Positions 26,243-38,491 of a stretch of 64,000 nt of DNA are shown one piece after another. The notes under the pieces were generated by a model. It saw nothing but the letters and a program-made list of their open reading frames with translations, was not told the DNA's origin and searched no databases. Origin of the DNA: Oopsacas minuta (taxonomy: Eukaryota; Animalia; Porifera); contig JAKMXF010000288.1 in assembly GCA_024704765.1 (NCBI GenBank), positions 62,001-126,000 of the forward strand, given 5' to 3'. A program made the translations under genes and the position numbers. Each line of letters begins with the position of its first letter. The first letter of the stretch is position 1.

Positions 26243-29200
26243 CTACTTAGTTCCAATTGTATCCTTATCAGAAAATACCTCTTCATCCCCATACTTTTCT
26301 TTCGTTATTACGTCACTTGCTCCCTCAGCTGATCTGTTTGAATAGATAATATTCCGGGATTTAGGTACACTGTATATGTTATCTAACTGATATTCATCAA
26401 CTTGACTTTTCTTGCAACTTTTACGAGTATTAGTTGTCGTAGTCGCTACCATTGGTGTTTGAGTATTACTACCACATATTCGGCCTAGAAGCGTTTGCCT
26501 TACAGCTCTGTTAGGTAACGTGTATACGAAAAGGAATACAATCCCAATTGGACCGACAAGTAGTAGGAATACCCATTCAAATACATCAGATGCTACGATG
26601 AACTTTGTAAAAATGAAATCGAATATGATTATTATCCAAGGCAAAGTGAGCACTGGAAGAAGGATAATCCCAGTCAGTAGAGAATTCTTCACGTATATGT
26701 TTCGATCAATTTTCTGCATTGGAGATATGATCATCTTCACAATAGCGATTATATAGCAAATCGCAGCCAATGTAAACATCACTAAAATTGGTCCTACAAT
26801 GCTCCATACGTATTCAAGTGCCATGAAGCAGTGTTCATAACGTATAATGTAATCATTACGTACACAAGCAATGATTAATGTTATTAGAACAATAGGTACA
26901 GGTAGAACCCAAGCGAATATGAATAGAGGCCAAAACAAGAGGAACCTCCGAGATGATCGAGATGAAAAAGTTTGGTATAATAGTAAAAAGCCTATTGCCA
27001 GAGACCATGAGAATACAGCTAGGAAGAAATAGTGTACTAATATTATAACAATAGTACATAGAATGTCATTAACAACTCCAATTGTTACACCGAAAATTAG
27101 CACGAAGAGTACGACAGTAAGGGCAATCGCGAAATTAAAATACAAACGATTTATTTCAACGGCGAAAAAACGCTGCCAACTTAGAAGGAATAAAATAAGC
27201 GAGACAACCATTATGATAAATGAAATTGATAGTATGAAAAATGCAATTATCCTCAGAGCAACGTTTTGTGGACGTGGCAGTAACAAAACAGAGAAGCTAG
27301 TCAGATGGTAAACTCTACACACAACTCGAGTATTTATTACTTCAGTCACTACTCCGGTAATATCCCATTCCCCTTCTTCATAATCCCAGAATACGCACAC
27401 AGGTTCATATACTTCCAAATCAATTTCATCTCCCAAAGGAAATTCCAATTCAAGAGGCGGGTTGATTACGTCATCAGATTCTATTCCCTCAATATCAACA
27501 CTGACTATACTACTACCAATATATGCGCCTAATATAATACCGTAAGGTATGGGTCTACCCAGTAAGTTCTCAGAGGCTATGAGGGAAACACGAGTATTAT
27601 CATCTGTAGTATTAGCTGGTATAGATAGGATTATATTATTACTTGTGTATGTTGAGTTAATTGAAATAATTGTATCGACACTCGCGTAATTTATCACCTG
27701 GCTTTGTATGACAGTTCTCAGTCTATCAATCGTAATTACGTCATTAGCAGAATCCGGCAAATCATTGAACAATTCTGTAAAACGATCGTATACACTCACG
27801 ACAGCATTACCTAGCCTCTGGTCATCAGGTTCTCTTTCCACAGTAGAAACTGTATCAACTACGGTAGTACAATGTCTTGCTATTTGAGTAATATAATCTT
27901 CATTAAGTGTAGCTGGATCGGTGAAACTTAGTAGATTTTCAAAAGAATTCAAGACAGCTACAGCTTCACTAACCGTCTCAACAGAAGTAGCAACTGCAAC
28001 TAATTGACTAGAAAATTCCATTGCAGGAGTTGCATCAATTAAGCTATCCAATGCATTTATCTCTCCTAACACGATAGAAGGTATTACAACTGTAATACGG
28101 TAGACTAGCTGTAACGATGATGTATTGGTTACATTTGCTACACAGTAGAATATTGTTGAATTAGGATAGAGGAGAACACTCACCAGAAGCTCTGGTGTAT
28201 CGCTTATAACCATTCTATTTATGTCTAACCAGAATATAACGTCATTATTTGTCTGTGGTGGATTTTTCAATTGACATTTTACTGTGACTTCTTGGTTTGA
28301 GCCTTCGCTAGTGAGGAAGTTTGGTATGTTGGTTCGAAGATACGGCGGTCCTAAAATTGTTTTTAATAAATATTGGAACATATTTTTCATTTGGAGTTCA
28401 GCTCCTCCAGGTTGTTAACTGAATTTCTATAATGCAGTGTAACCTCCACAAACGGGGTGTTAGAGACGCCGAAAAATGCCACAACGTTTGACCTTTTCCG
28501 CCAATTTCTCAGTTTGTGGAGGTTCATATAGTGTATGGAGATATGAATTCGCTCTATGTTTTCACTTCATTCCCGAAGTTCCCGTTTCTACAGGCAAATT
28601 AGTGGCGATTACATTGTATACGGAAATTATTACAATTTTACTAAACAATTTCAAATTTTAATATCCCAAAATTCACCGAAACGTGACTACGATCGAAAGT
28701 ATCTACCATTCTTGCTACTATTTTAATACTTGGAAAGACAAAATTTAAATTTTCTTATCTAAGTTGGGAAAATATTTCTAGCAGCTGATGAGTCAAGAAT
28801 ATCAATTTTCATATACAGAACATTCTAGCAATCTAGCGAGAGGTATGTATTCTCAATTAGTGTATAATTATACATGGAAGCGGTTAATTTTGAAATATAT
28901 GCTTTGGCTCGGTAAGTTTCAAGTTAACCAAAAAAATTTATGACGCTATCATAATACAAAGTAGCCAAATCATGGAAATATTTCAATGATTCTACTTCTA
29001 AATTTGTTAATTAAGCGTGTTAAAAGAGGTCTGTGAAGATAAAATCACTACTATCCACCCGTTAGTTAGTAAATATATATTGTGTAGTTGAATTTCACTG
29101 ATAAAAGGTGAAATAATTACAAGATTCATGTGGTAGGTAAACTTGATGCGGGCGGTGGAGCTGAAAAATAGTTTCCAACTAACAATAGCTTAATATATTA

Positions 29201-31054
29201 CATTAATAACTAACCTGGTGTAGGTGGGACTGGCTGTACTGCAACTGCGAAGCTTGTACCTTGAGATGCTATACAGACAACTTTACGATTCCTAAATAAT
29301 GTAATTATCCCTGATGCATCCCATTGTTCTTCTGTATTATTCCAGAATACACACACTGGTTCGTAAACTGAATCATCAGTCGGATCAGAAAGAGGAAATT
29401 CCAGCTGTAATGGTGGAAGATATGTCTCGTTTGGTTGTAGGTCCTGCACACTAATACTGATCGAAGAAGTACGTATAACTCCGTCTATTCCATCACCTAT
29501 CGCTGTCCGCCCTATTGCACTATTTGAAGCAATTAGAGTAGCACGAGTTCCCGTGCTAATGAAGGTCTCGGACAACGTAACGTTAATCGTAGCATCCGGA
29601 TCTGTAAGCGAGATAGATAGTGAAAGATTTTGACCTGTATTATTAAACACTTCACTGACTATAACAGTTTCTTCTGTGCCGAAGGATAAATTATCCAATG
29701 CACTAGGTATCGGAGTATTGAATATGACAGTTAAATATTCGAGTAATCTTATCTCAGCGAGATTTAATAATGGATCATTTATATCGGACAAACTACTGGC
29801 GATGGAAATAATATTAGTAGCCAGTTGGGTGATAGAAGAAGCATCCAATGTATTGACGTCAGTGAGATTAACGAGATGGAATAGAGTTTCTAGAACTCTT
29901 TCCCCTTCTTCTTGAGAATCAACTCCGGCAGCTACGACAGATAACGAGGCAGAAAATTCAGCAGCTTCCATCCCCGTAATTGTCATATTCAAGGCATTAA
30001 TCTCATAAAGAACCATCTCAGCATCAACTACGCTGTAATTGAATTGAGCTACTAGCATATTTGTATTATTATACATGGCAACACATTCAAACTGTGTAGA
30101 ATTAGGAAATAAGCTGATACTCAGTGTAATGTATGACGTATTGCTTACTACTGTTCCAATATCCTTTATTTGCCAGGTTGGATAGGTTATGTTCGTGTCC
30201 GGAGGATTGAGCAGCTCACATTTTATTATTACTTGTTGGAGTGATTCATCTGATAATTCCAAGTTTTCTAAGCTGAGGTGAAGAGCTAAAAATAATACAA
30301 ATATTAACTTATAGTCAACTCCCGTTACTTTGAAATACTCCCTTATATGGAAGTCTGAAATTGTACAAATATGGTCCCAAACCTTCAAAGTAATATAAAT
30401 TGCATTGGTTACATCGAACTCCGTTTATATCGAAAAAATAATCCCATTAGCTTGAGCTTCGATATAACGGTAGTAGACAGTATGGTAATACTGAAGTATA
30501 CTATCTTATTAGAATAAATGTTCAAAATTACAATCTCAGTATTACTACGCTCTCAGCTAAATTGGATAATGGTTAATTAATTGGTACCACGGGTGTAAAT
30601 CCCGGGGGGACAGGTCCCCCACCTTTGAAGAAATTAGATGATTATGGTAATTTAGCCCTGATTTATCTACAAATTGGCCAGTTTTTATGAACATAAACAA
30701 GGATCAAAGCACCTTATACTAGTGCACTATCTGTAATTCTACTCTACTCATTTTACGCCAAACAGCATGGAGTTTCAATGCAAATTAATCTTAAGGTAAA
30801 GACTATAATTTTGTTTGCATTTTTCCCAATTTCATCGCCTTATTTCTATATTTTGAACTATTACACCAATTTCTGATTTTGATTCTTGATATTTCTATCT
30901 GAAAGTCTCCTCGAATTGTTCACTAATTTATGACAATTTAATTACACAATAATTATTATTAATATAACTTACCAGGTTCAGTTGTTTCATGTACAGCTAT
31001 TAAATTCCCTCCTATCACAAATAATAGCAAAATAAATATACTTTTAGCCGACAT
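26243..31054 (-). CDS. Adhesion GPCR 2 with two tandem Ig-like+GAIN/GPS modules; exons 31054-30973, 30285-29215, 28350-26243; about 1086 aa
   Basis: Signal peptide MSAKSIFILLLFVIGGNLIA; phase-1 junctions CCTG|GTAAGT, TTTAG|CT, CCAG|GTTAGT and TTTAG|GA all keep frame; membrane-proximal GPS PVCVFWDYEEGEW...VCRVYHLTSFSVLL followed by 7TM. Confidence 0.88.
30312..30480. mobile_element. MITE (CAGTCAACTCC family) in aGPCR2 intron 1
   Basis: TAGTCAACTCCCG ... CGGTAGTAGACAG|TA. It supplies the false N-terminus of ORF 29210-30388. Confidence 0.65.
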
Positions 31055-31755
31055 GTTTCAAGAATTATTTCCTTGTCGCAGTATTACCATTATTTATGTT
31101 CACAGCGATTCGTTTATATACTATTCGTTGATAGTTAGACGTCGGTTATATTAACATCTATATGGTGTGCTATTTACGAGTGCAGAATTAACTGATATAG
31201 AATTGAGTATATGCAAGTATTGAATTGCAGAACAATAAGTGAGTATTGAATTCTGAAGTGTATTCGTATAACATTGTAAATTCATTAAGGATATGTGGAC
31301 AGTTGACTCCTCATAATAGGGACACTTCAGGAAGTATTCGGAGGCAGACCAAGCCCATAGTTATGCATACAAACGAATAAGGCAGTGTATCCCTAATAAT
31401 TTCTGTGGAGCCCCATAGATCCGTAGCCTCCTCCCATGGCCCCATCACAAGACATTGGATCATCAGGGGTGCACACATCCACAGGTTGGTAAATACTGAA
31501 ATAGGAAAACGGGGAATCCACATTAATAGGAAAAACTCATTGGTGGGAAACGTGTTTTAAGTGAAGAAGATTATATGATAACGTATATATTAGATTTGCT
31601 TGAAAGTGGTTTGTAGGACGGGGGGGACATGGTGCATTCAGTGACTTTCCTTGAGACAATCATAAACTAATTTAACGGAAGAATTATATCAACAAATTTC
31701 GCTACAAGTAAATATCATTTGAATGTTTTTATTAAATTAGTAAACTCGTTTGCAA

Positions 31756-32403
31756 ATGAATATTCTACCCAAAAAAAGCTTCCACGTTTTAAGCAAGGAT
31801 AATGTAGCACGAGTAAGGAAAGACGAAAAGGAAGCGAATGAACAGGCTAGGAAGCTAAAAGAGAGATCCATAAAAGCGGAACAGGAATGGAGATTGAGAT
31901 CTTTGAGAAAAGATAATACGGAAAAGATTGGTATTGATTCGACGGATTCTTTTATACTTCTTAACGAAGCTAATTCTCAAGTAAGTAATATAGAAAGGAG
32001 AGAGGAGAGGGAAAGAGAGAAAGCTAAAAATGAAATGAAAATGGGAGTGTTGACTTTCCTAGGGGGGTCAGAATGGGATCCAGTTAAGAAGAAATCACGC
32101 CCCCCATGGTACACACAGACAAGTGATAAGGCCACGGAAATACGAGATGAAAAGGGGAAAGATGAAGCGATAAAGTGTAGAGACGATCCTTTGGCATTAA
32201 TGAAAGCTATTCTTACACCTCCTAGAAAGTCAGAAAAATATGGACGTGGAATAAATCCATCGGGTACAGATAGAAGTAAACAATTCAAATCGCATAATAT
32301 ATCTCTTGATAAAACGAGGAGAGAGCGTAATGATGCTCAGATAGTAGAGAAGACGAGAAAGAGACAAAATCGTAAAGATTTCCAAAGATATGAATTTATG
32401 TAA
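31756..32403 (+). CDS. LENG1: Leukocyte receptor cluster member 1 homolog (Cir_N-type N-terminus); intronless; 215 aa
   Basis: MNILPKKSFHV.SKDNVARVRKDE, KMGVLTFLG, PPWY and DDPLALMK match the LENG1 pattern. Confidence 0.85.
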   Translation: MNILPKKSFHVLSKDNVARVRKDEKEANEQARKLKERSIKAEQEWRLRSLRKDNTEKIGIDSTDSFILLNEANSQVSNIERREEREREKAKNEMKMGVLTFLGGSEWDPVKKKSRPPWYTQTSDKATEIRDEKGKDEAIKCRDDPLALMKAILTPPRKSEKYGRGINPSGTDRSKQFKSHNISLDKTRRERNDAQIVEKTRKRQNRKDFQRYEFM

Positions 32404-33089
32404 TGTATTGAATTTCTGTAATTTACCAGTTTATTGTGTGGAGAATGTTATACACGTACCGTAGTTAATACGAACACGAATTCTCAGATAAGACGAACAA
32501 GTCAATAAGGTGGTTATTCAATTAGCTATCCAATGGTAATACCCATTAATACGTGATCCAGATAAATCGAACAAATTTTGACCGTCCGTTATTGTTCGCA
32601 TGCTTTACCAACCCTCCAGGGATATTACAAGAAATTCAGGGAAACATTTGCAAACTTTTTTAGCCTGAAATCACTGAAATTGCTATTTATGGACACAACT
32701 TGGGTGAATGGAAACATAAGGAATTTTTGGAAAATCCCAGGGAAAGTAATATAAGAGTTTGGTAAGTATGTGTTCGTAATATCGAGGTACCAAACGTGCA
32801 TTCCCAAATCTGTATAAAACGCACAGCTGTCTCTAAGTTAACCTATCTCGATACAGTGTTCCCAATCTAATAAATACGTCCATTGTGTTATGATAAACAC
32901 TTGGATAACTTTATCCATAATTATCAGCTGATTTTTTTAACCTTCTATGACAGATATTCAGATATCATAAAGAAGAGAATGGATGTAACACTCCATTTCT
33001 AAGCATGTTAATTTTCTCAATTTGTGCGTGGCCGTATTGTCTGATAGAGCTTTTATATTATATATGTTAGAATTCTCACTGATTTAAAT

Positions 33090-34298
33090 ATGAAGAAGAA
33101 ATCATTTGTGAATCATTTGTATGAAAGAGTATGTGGTCGCTCACATAGCACTTTAATCGGATTAAAAACGTACAAAAGATGGCAAAATCTAGCTATAGAC
33201 AGCAGCTGTGATTTGGAGAGAGTGAACTCTTCAGCTTTGAACTGTATAGACACTGAATGTATATCAGGACGTTATCTGTTAAGTGGTTATAATGAAGGGT
33301 TGATAACTATACATGATCTAGCTGAAATATTGTATAGGAAAGGAGGAAAATTAAAGACGGCGAGATTGATAGCAAATTCACCTGGTTTACATGTAGAAAG
33401 GTCACATACCAAATCCGTTACTGGGGTGCACTGGTATCCACATGATACAGGAATGTTCACATCATCGAGTATGGACGCATACTTATTTGTTTGGGACACA
33501 CAACAAATGAGAGTTGCTGAAAAACTTAGTTTCTCTCCGAGTAGGCATAAAAGAACTTCTTATATTCTTTCACATAGTATCTCACATTCTTGTATGGTTG
33601 CTATGGGCGGTTCGCCACCTGAAATATCGATATGGTCAATAAAAACAGGTACAGTAACACATGTATTGAAAGCACATCAGCATAGAGTTAATGCAGTTGA
33701 ATGGTCACCTGTTTGTAGTGAGTTATTAGTTAGCACTGGAGATGGTGGTAAGGTATTTCTATGGGATATAAGACAACCGAAGGAATACGTTTGGGAATTT
33801 GATTATTTGAATAGAACTGATTCACCGTTTGTTAAAGATAGACGTGCACATGCATGCTTGGCTGTACCAATGTTAAAGTTTTTAGCTTGTGGATCTAGAT
33901 TTATTACTTGCGGCGTTGATGGGGAAATTAGTGTGTGGAATGCATTGAAAGGTGTTAAAGAACAACAAGTTTTCGCACTGGCAAAATCAAGCTCAGATTT
34001 TTGCAAGCAATTAACTCTAACACCCTATATGAACAATACACAGATTATATATGTGCCAAGTAGCGCTAGTATCGCAGGATTTGATGTGAATACTGGCCAA
34101 AAGATAACTTCCTTACAAGGACATTACAATAGAGTAAATGTATGTCAAGCACATTATAATGAAGAGCTGTTATATAGTGGAGGGATTGATGGAGAAATGC
34201 TATTTTGGAAACCAAGAGAAGATATAGTTGTCAGTGCAAAGAGAATTCCAATAGCCGATAATGTGGATGATTGGAGTGATAGTGATATTGATTCGTAA
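33090..34298 (+). CDS. ERCC8: DNA excision repair WD40 protein CSA; intronless; 402 aa
   Basis: GRYLLSG, VHWYPHDTGMFTSSSMD..LFVWDT, LQGHYNRVN and an acidic C-terminal DDWSDSD. Confidence 0.92.
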   Translation: MKKKSFVNHLYERVCGRSHSTLIGLKTYKRWQNLAIDSSCDLERVNSSALNCIDTECISGRYLLSGYNEGLITIHDLAEILYRKGGKLKTARLIANSPGLHVERSHTKSVTGVHWYPHDTGMFTSSSMDAYLFVWDTQQMRVAEKLSFSPSRHKRTSYILSHSISHSCMVAMGGSPPEISIWSIKTGTVTHVLKAHQHRVNAVEWSPVCSELLVSTGDGGKVFLWDIRQPKEYVWEFDYLNRTDSPFVKDRRAHACLAVPMLKFLACGSRFITCGVDGEISVWNALKGVKEQQVFALAKSSSDFCKQLTLTPYMNNTQIIYVPSSASIAGFDVNTGQKITSLQGHYNRVNVCQAHYNEELLYSGGIDGEMLFWKPREDIVVSAKRIPIADNVDDWSDSDIDS

Positions 34299-34992
34299 TA
34301 ATATCATATAGTATGCTTTTTGAATAATTCATATTTGTAGTTTTGATACAAAATTACTGTTGGTTTGTGATGAGATAAAATGATGGTTCTTACTTGTTTC
34401 TGTGTACAATTTAGTTTCTATATTACAGCTAATAGAGATTGTATAATTTCGAGATTATCTCTTTGGAAGTAGAACAGTTCTATATAGAAAATTCGATAGA
34501 ACTCGGATAAGTCGTACATATAATACGTACGTACTTCTTGAATAGTCTAATTCCCATTCATTATAATGCAATTCCTATTTGGATAAGAAATGCACTCGGA
34601 TAGTACGTCTAATTTCTGTTTCACGAAGGGGGTAGGTCTTATCCGAATTCTACTGTATCTTACAGGATAATTTTACAGCTACAGTAGACTCCGTTCAATC
34701 GGTCATTTGGCCAGAAACAGAACCATACAAATAGTGTTAAACTACTCCGGTTATTCGGGCCAAAATGGCCTGGTCTCTATCTGACCCTATTATGCAGTCT
34801 TTTGTATATGCATTCAGCAATATCGTGCTTATTAGGCTAAGGGCCCCTGGCTTCCTCAGAAACTTGAAATTCTGCATCAATTACGGAACAATCCCATTAA
34901 TGTATTATTTAACAAGTTCGTATTTTGAAAGTTTTTGAATTCATTAACAAAAATCAGAATTTCTATTTCTATAGAACTATGATTAAATATTA

Positions 34993-36680
34993 TTAAGGAC
35001 ATTTTTTCTCTACACAGATTTTCCCATGTTCTTCATACTCTGCTTTGGAAATCCACATCTGCTGGAAAGTGCCTAATGATGCGAGTATAGAACCTCCGAT
35101 CCAAGAACTAAATCTTCTCTCAATTGTTGTATTATTTGTAACACATTTATGTACTTTTGAAGCTGAACTTTTCGAACGAATTTCACCCACGAGTCTGTCA
35201 GTAAATCCTTTTAACAGTGAGTTTCCCCCTACTACAACTAATGATGAGAATAGAGCAGAACGTATATCAGTATCACAAGCATTTCCAGATGATAAAACAA
35301 CTTCTGGTATTGCTTGATGTGAGTTTAGTGTCATCGAGGCTGTATCTTCTTGGCTAAACATTGGTTCGGTTAGTTCAAATCTCTCTGCACCGAAACTGCA
35401 TCTGTAGCCGGTAGGAAATTCGTATTCTAGTGATGGTAGTCTCTTTATCTCTTCCGAGTCATATTTATCTTCTGAGATCTACAAAAGATACATTGGATTA
35501 CTCGTATTTTGCACGAATTTCCTATTAGAGGGATTATTTCTAATTCAAAGTTGACTCTCTAAGCCCCTGAAAGAGCTAGATATTAGCCGAATATTGCTAG
35601 AATGTTTATACGTGAGGCTAGTAGATACTAGTTTGGATTAAGCTACGAAAGGAATGACGAATTCCGAACTGTCCAGGGCGGATCCAGGGTGGGGGCTAAG
35701 GGAGCTGAAGCCTCTTTGAAACATCCTGGGTCTTCCCTTGGTTCCGCATATACACCAAATATAGTCCATTAGTCCGCCAAGGCTATCTAAGTATCTATAC
35801 GGGTGATACTAGGTCATCTCTACTATTGTATTAAAAACTGAAATTTTTGTGTGATATTTTGTAGCCAGAAACTTACTTGAGTAATAATACTTTTGAAATC
35901 AGCCACAAGTTGATCAGTCATGTAATCACGGTAGCTTTCTGTCAATATTGGAAGTTTCCGTAGAGTATAAATAGGTTTGAGTCGTTCCTTTACAATTTGT
36001 TTCGCAGCTATATGTGTTGCTGGCGTTAAATCAATTGACATTTTCTCTAAGTAGTTTCTCGCTCTCTGCGAAATATAACGCCCACCGTATGGCGTGCGGA
36101 CAATTGCCTGTGTCAGTGCGTAGCCGTCATGAACAGGAACTACGCTTGTTTGTTCCCAGCCCGAATCAACCACAAGTGCAGTAGAACGAGCATTCGCGAA
36201 AGTTGACAAAACCGCGTTTTTTGCCAAGTAAAAAGCTGGTAATTGATATTTCTCAAACATCAATTCTGTCAATTGTGCTCGCTTCGCTTTCGCATTCCAG
36301 GCAGGCTCTGTCATCATTAATGGATGATATTCTCTCTCAGATTTAACAACTTTATTATAAACATAGTCAATTAAATGCTCAAACAAATCCCAATTTTCAA
36401 TCATTCCATCTTGAATTGGACTCTGTAACTCAAGCCCTTCTCTTACAGCTGTAATATAATTTGTACCAACTACATAATCCAATTTATCTCGCTTATTCGT
36501 GTCTTGGATATTTGAAGTTTCCATGACGTCATCATCAGATTTACTAGGTGCTATACCTATGATTGTAGGGAAGTCTGCTTTGGGAGAATCCTCTCCTGCG
36601 TACCCCGCACGTGTGCTATATCCCCCTATGTCTAGCACTATTGCTCCTACCTCGTCTCCGCCGTACTCAGCTCCACTCAT
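34993..36680 (-). CDS. ACTL6: Actin-like protein 6 (BAF53/Arp4); exons 36680-35877, 35478-34993; 429 aa
   Basis: MSGAEYGGDEVGAIVLDIG.Y..RAGYAGEDSPK; C-terminus ERRFSSWIGGSILASLGTFQQMWISKAEYEE..K.CVEKKCP; phase-0 intron. Confidence 0.96.
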
Positions 36681-37261
36681 AATAACTGAATTAAATAATT
36701 GGAATTGTATTGTAAGATGCTATTTTTGGAAGTGCTAGAGTGCTGGTTACACCGCGGCTCCCTAAGTGTTGGCAACAGGGTCCTTCGGATGTGGTTCTAT
36801 GGTTTTTGAGCCAGCCCCCTGAGTTGTTCATACTTACCAACCATCCAGGAGAAATTACTAAATCCATATTGGCGCTATAAGTACCCATGTGGGGACCAGG
36901 ATCGAAACAATTCTGAGATAAAGGAGATTAATGGCTAACTGGGAAATTCAAGGGTCGGATAAGTTGTTGGATGTCCGGGACCCCTTTACCCAAGGGTAGG
37001 ATGCAACGCTAATGATGAGGGACGACAGCTCCAAGCCATCTTACACTGATTCATAAACAAACAATTGCCCCCACTAGGAATATGAATACCCCTGAAGGAG
37101 ATCAATATATGGAAGATGGATATCATAACTCCATAAGTTATTGAAAGCGTTTTAATTAAAGAATATTTTTATTAAATCGTGTAAGCTGATTTATCGAATA
37201 TCAAATGTAGATATATACGCGTAGATACATATTAGCTTTAATAAACATACAAACTAACAAA

Positions 37262-38491
37262 CTAGTAATATATTTGTAGAGCGCAGTTCTCATTCTTTGA
37301 CACACAAACTAATCTCCCGTTTGGAGTTATAGCTATTCCTTGGGGGTAATAAAACATTCCTCTTTGGTGTCCTTCTGTTCCAATCGTGTGTAGGAGATTA
37401 CCTTCTGGAGAGAATACCCGAATTGAGTGAGATTCGTAATCACTAATAATAAAGTTCTTAAGTGGATCTAGGCAGAAGAACCAAGGGCGTAACACATCCA
37501 TTCCTTGTCCTTTAGTAATGAGGGAGTGTAGCTTGTCTCCCTCTATGGTTAGCACGTGTATACACGGGTTGTTATATGGACACAGTACGTACACTCGGTC
37601 ACGTGACACTTTAACATCATTTGGGTAGGACATTGACTGATGAGTAATGTTGCGTATATGGTTCAGATCTGTGTCGTGTACGCTGATTCTGTTGTTATTG
37701 GTATCTGCTATAAACACGTGACCAATGGGATCTGTTGTTAGTTGACTAGGACAGTTGAATTGTCCGTTGTTTGATCCCATACCTCCTATCTTCCTAACAA
37801 GACTCATGTCAGTTAGTGTGAATTGGTATACATTGCTATCTCCGAAACAACTGACATACACAGTCTCTCTGTGTATAGCTATACCATGTGATTTATACAG
37901 CTGTCCTACACCCAGCTGATTAAGATACTCTCCTGTATCAGAGAATATCTCTACTCTGTGATTGTAATAATTAGCTACAAATATTCGGTGTGAATCTTCA
38001 TGTATAGCTACACCTGATGGACCATACAACTCGCCAGGACGTGAACCTTGCTTCCCAGTAGCAACCGTGGACGTTTGGAACGCAGCATAATCTGGTACTC
38101 CTATTGGTACCTGTACGATCTCTCCCATACGTGAAATGCTCGTTTCTAGGTCACGCGTGTCGCACTGCCACTTTAATTGGGTCACTACGGGGATATTATT
38201 TCGTAGATCTCGTAATTTGTCGTTCATTTCTTGGACTATTCTCTTCTGCATTGACTGGAGGGGATTTTCTCTTAAGTCTTCTTGGAGGTGTGCTTGGGCC
38301 TCTGTCAGTTGGGCGATCATTTGATCTCGAGCGATCCCTGCGGCTCTCTTCTCTTCGCGTGTGTTACGGACTAGCTCCAGGAGCTGAACTCTTCGGACAT
38401 TCAGTAGCCCTATGAGACCATCTATGGTGTAGTTTATGTGTGTCTCTATGGGGTCTACGACTTGTGGGGCAATTGGATAATGTTCTGCCAT
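37262..38491 (-). CDS. Coiled-coil + NHL-repeat protein, divergent paralog; intronless; 409 aa
   Basis: Coiled coil then NHL repeats (GELYGPSGVAI, GSNNGQFNCPSQL, GHQRGMFYYPQGIAI). Confidence 0.9.
   Translation of the reverse strand: MAEHYPIAPQVVDPIETHINYTIDGLIGLLNVRRVQLLELVRNTREEKRAAGIARDQMIAQLTEAQAHLQEDLRENPLQSMQKRIVQEMNDKLRDLRNNIPVVTQLKWQCDTRDLETSISRMGEIVQVPIGVPDYAAFQTSTVATGKQGSRPGELYGPSGVAIHEDSHRIFVANYYNHRVEIFSDTGEYLNQLGVGQLYKSHGIAIHRETVYVSCFGDSNVYQFTLTDMSLVRKIGGMGSNNGQFNCPSQLTTDPIGHVFIADTNNNRISVHDTDLNHIRNITHQSMSYPNDVKVSRDRVYVLCPYNNPCIHVLTIEGDKLHSLITKGQGMDVLRPWFFCLDPLKNFIISDYESHSIRVFSPEGNLLHTIGTEGHQRGMFYYPQGIAITPNGRLVCVSKNENCALQIYY

Noticed and set aside
29210-30388. ORF as a standalone 392-aa gene
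   Set aside because: Its first 34 codons derive from a MITE and intron; the rest is exon 2 of aGPCR2, bounded by good splice sites.
36830-36838. ATACTTACC as the 5' end of a U1 snRNA gene
   Set aside because: No U1 stem-loops or Sm site follow; it is simply a splice donor on the opposite strand (similar matches near 12582 and 32761).
37012-37049. Box C (ATGATGA) and box D (CTGA) pair
   Set aside because: Only 38 nt in total, no terminal stem, and no rRNA or snRNA complement that I can recognise.
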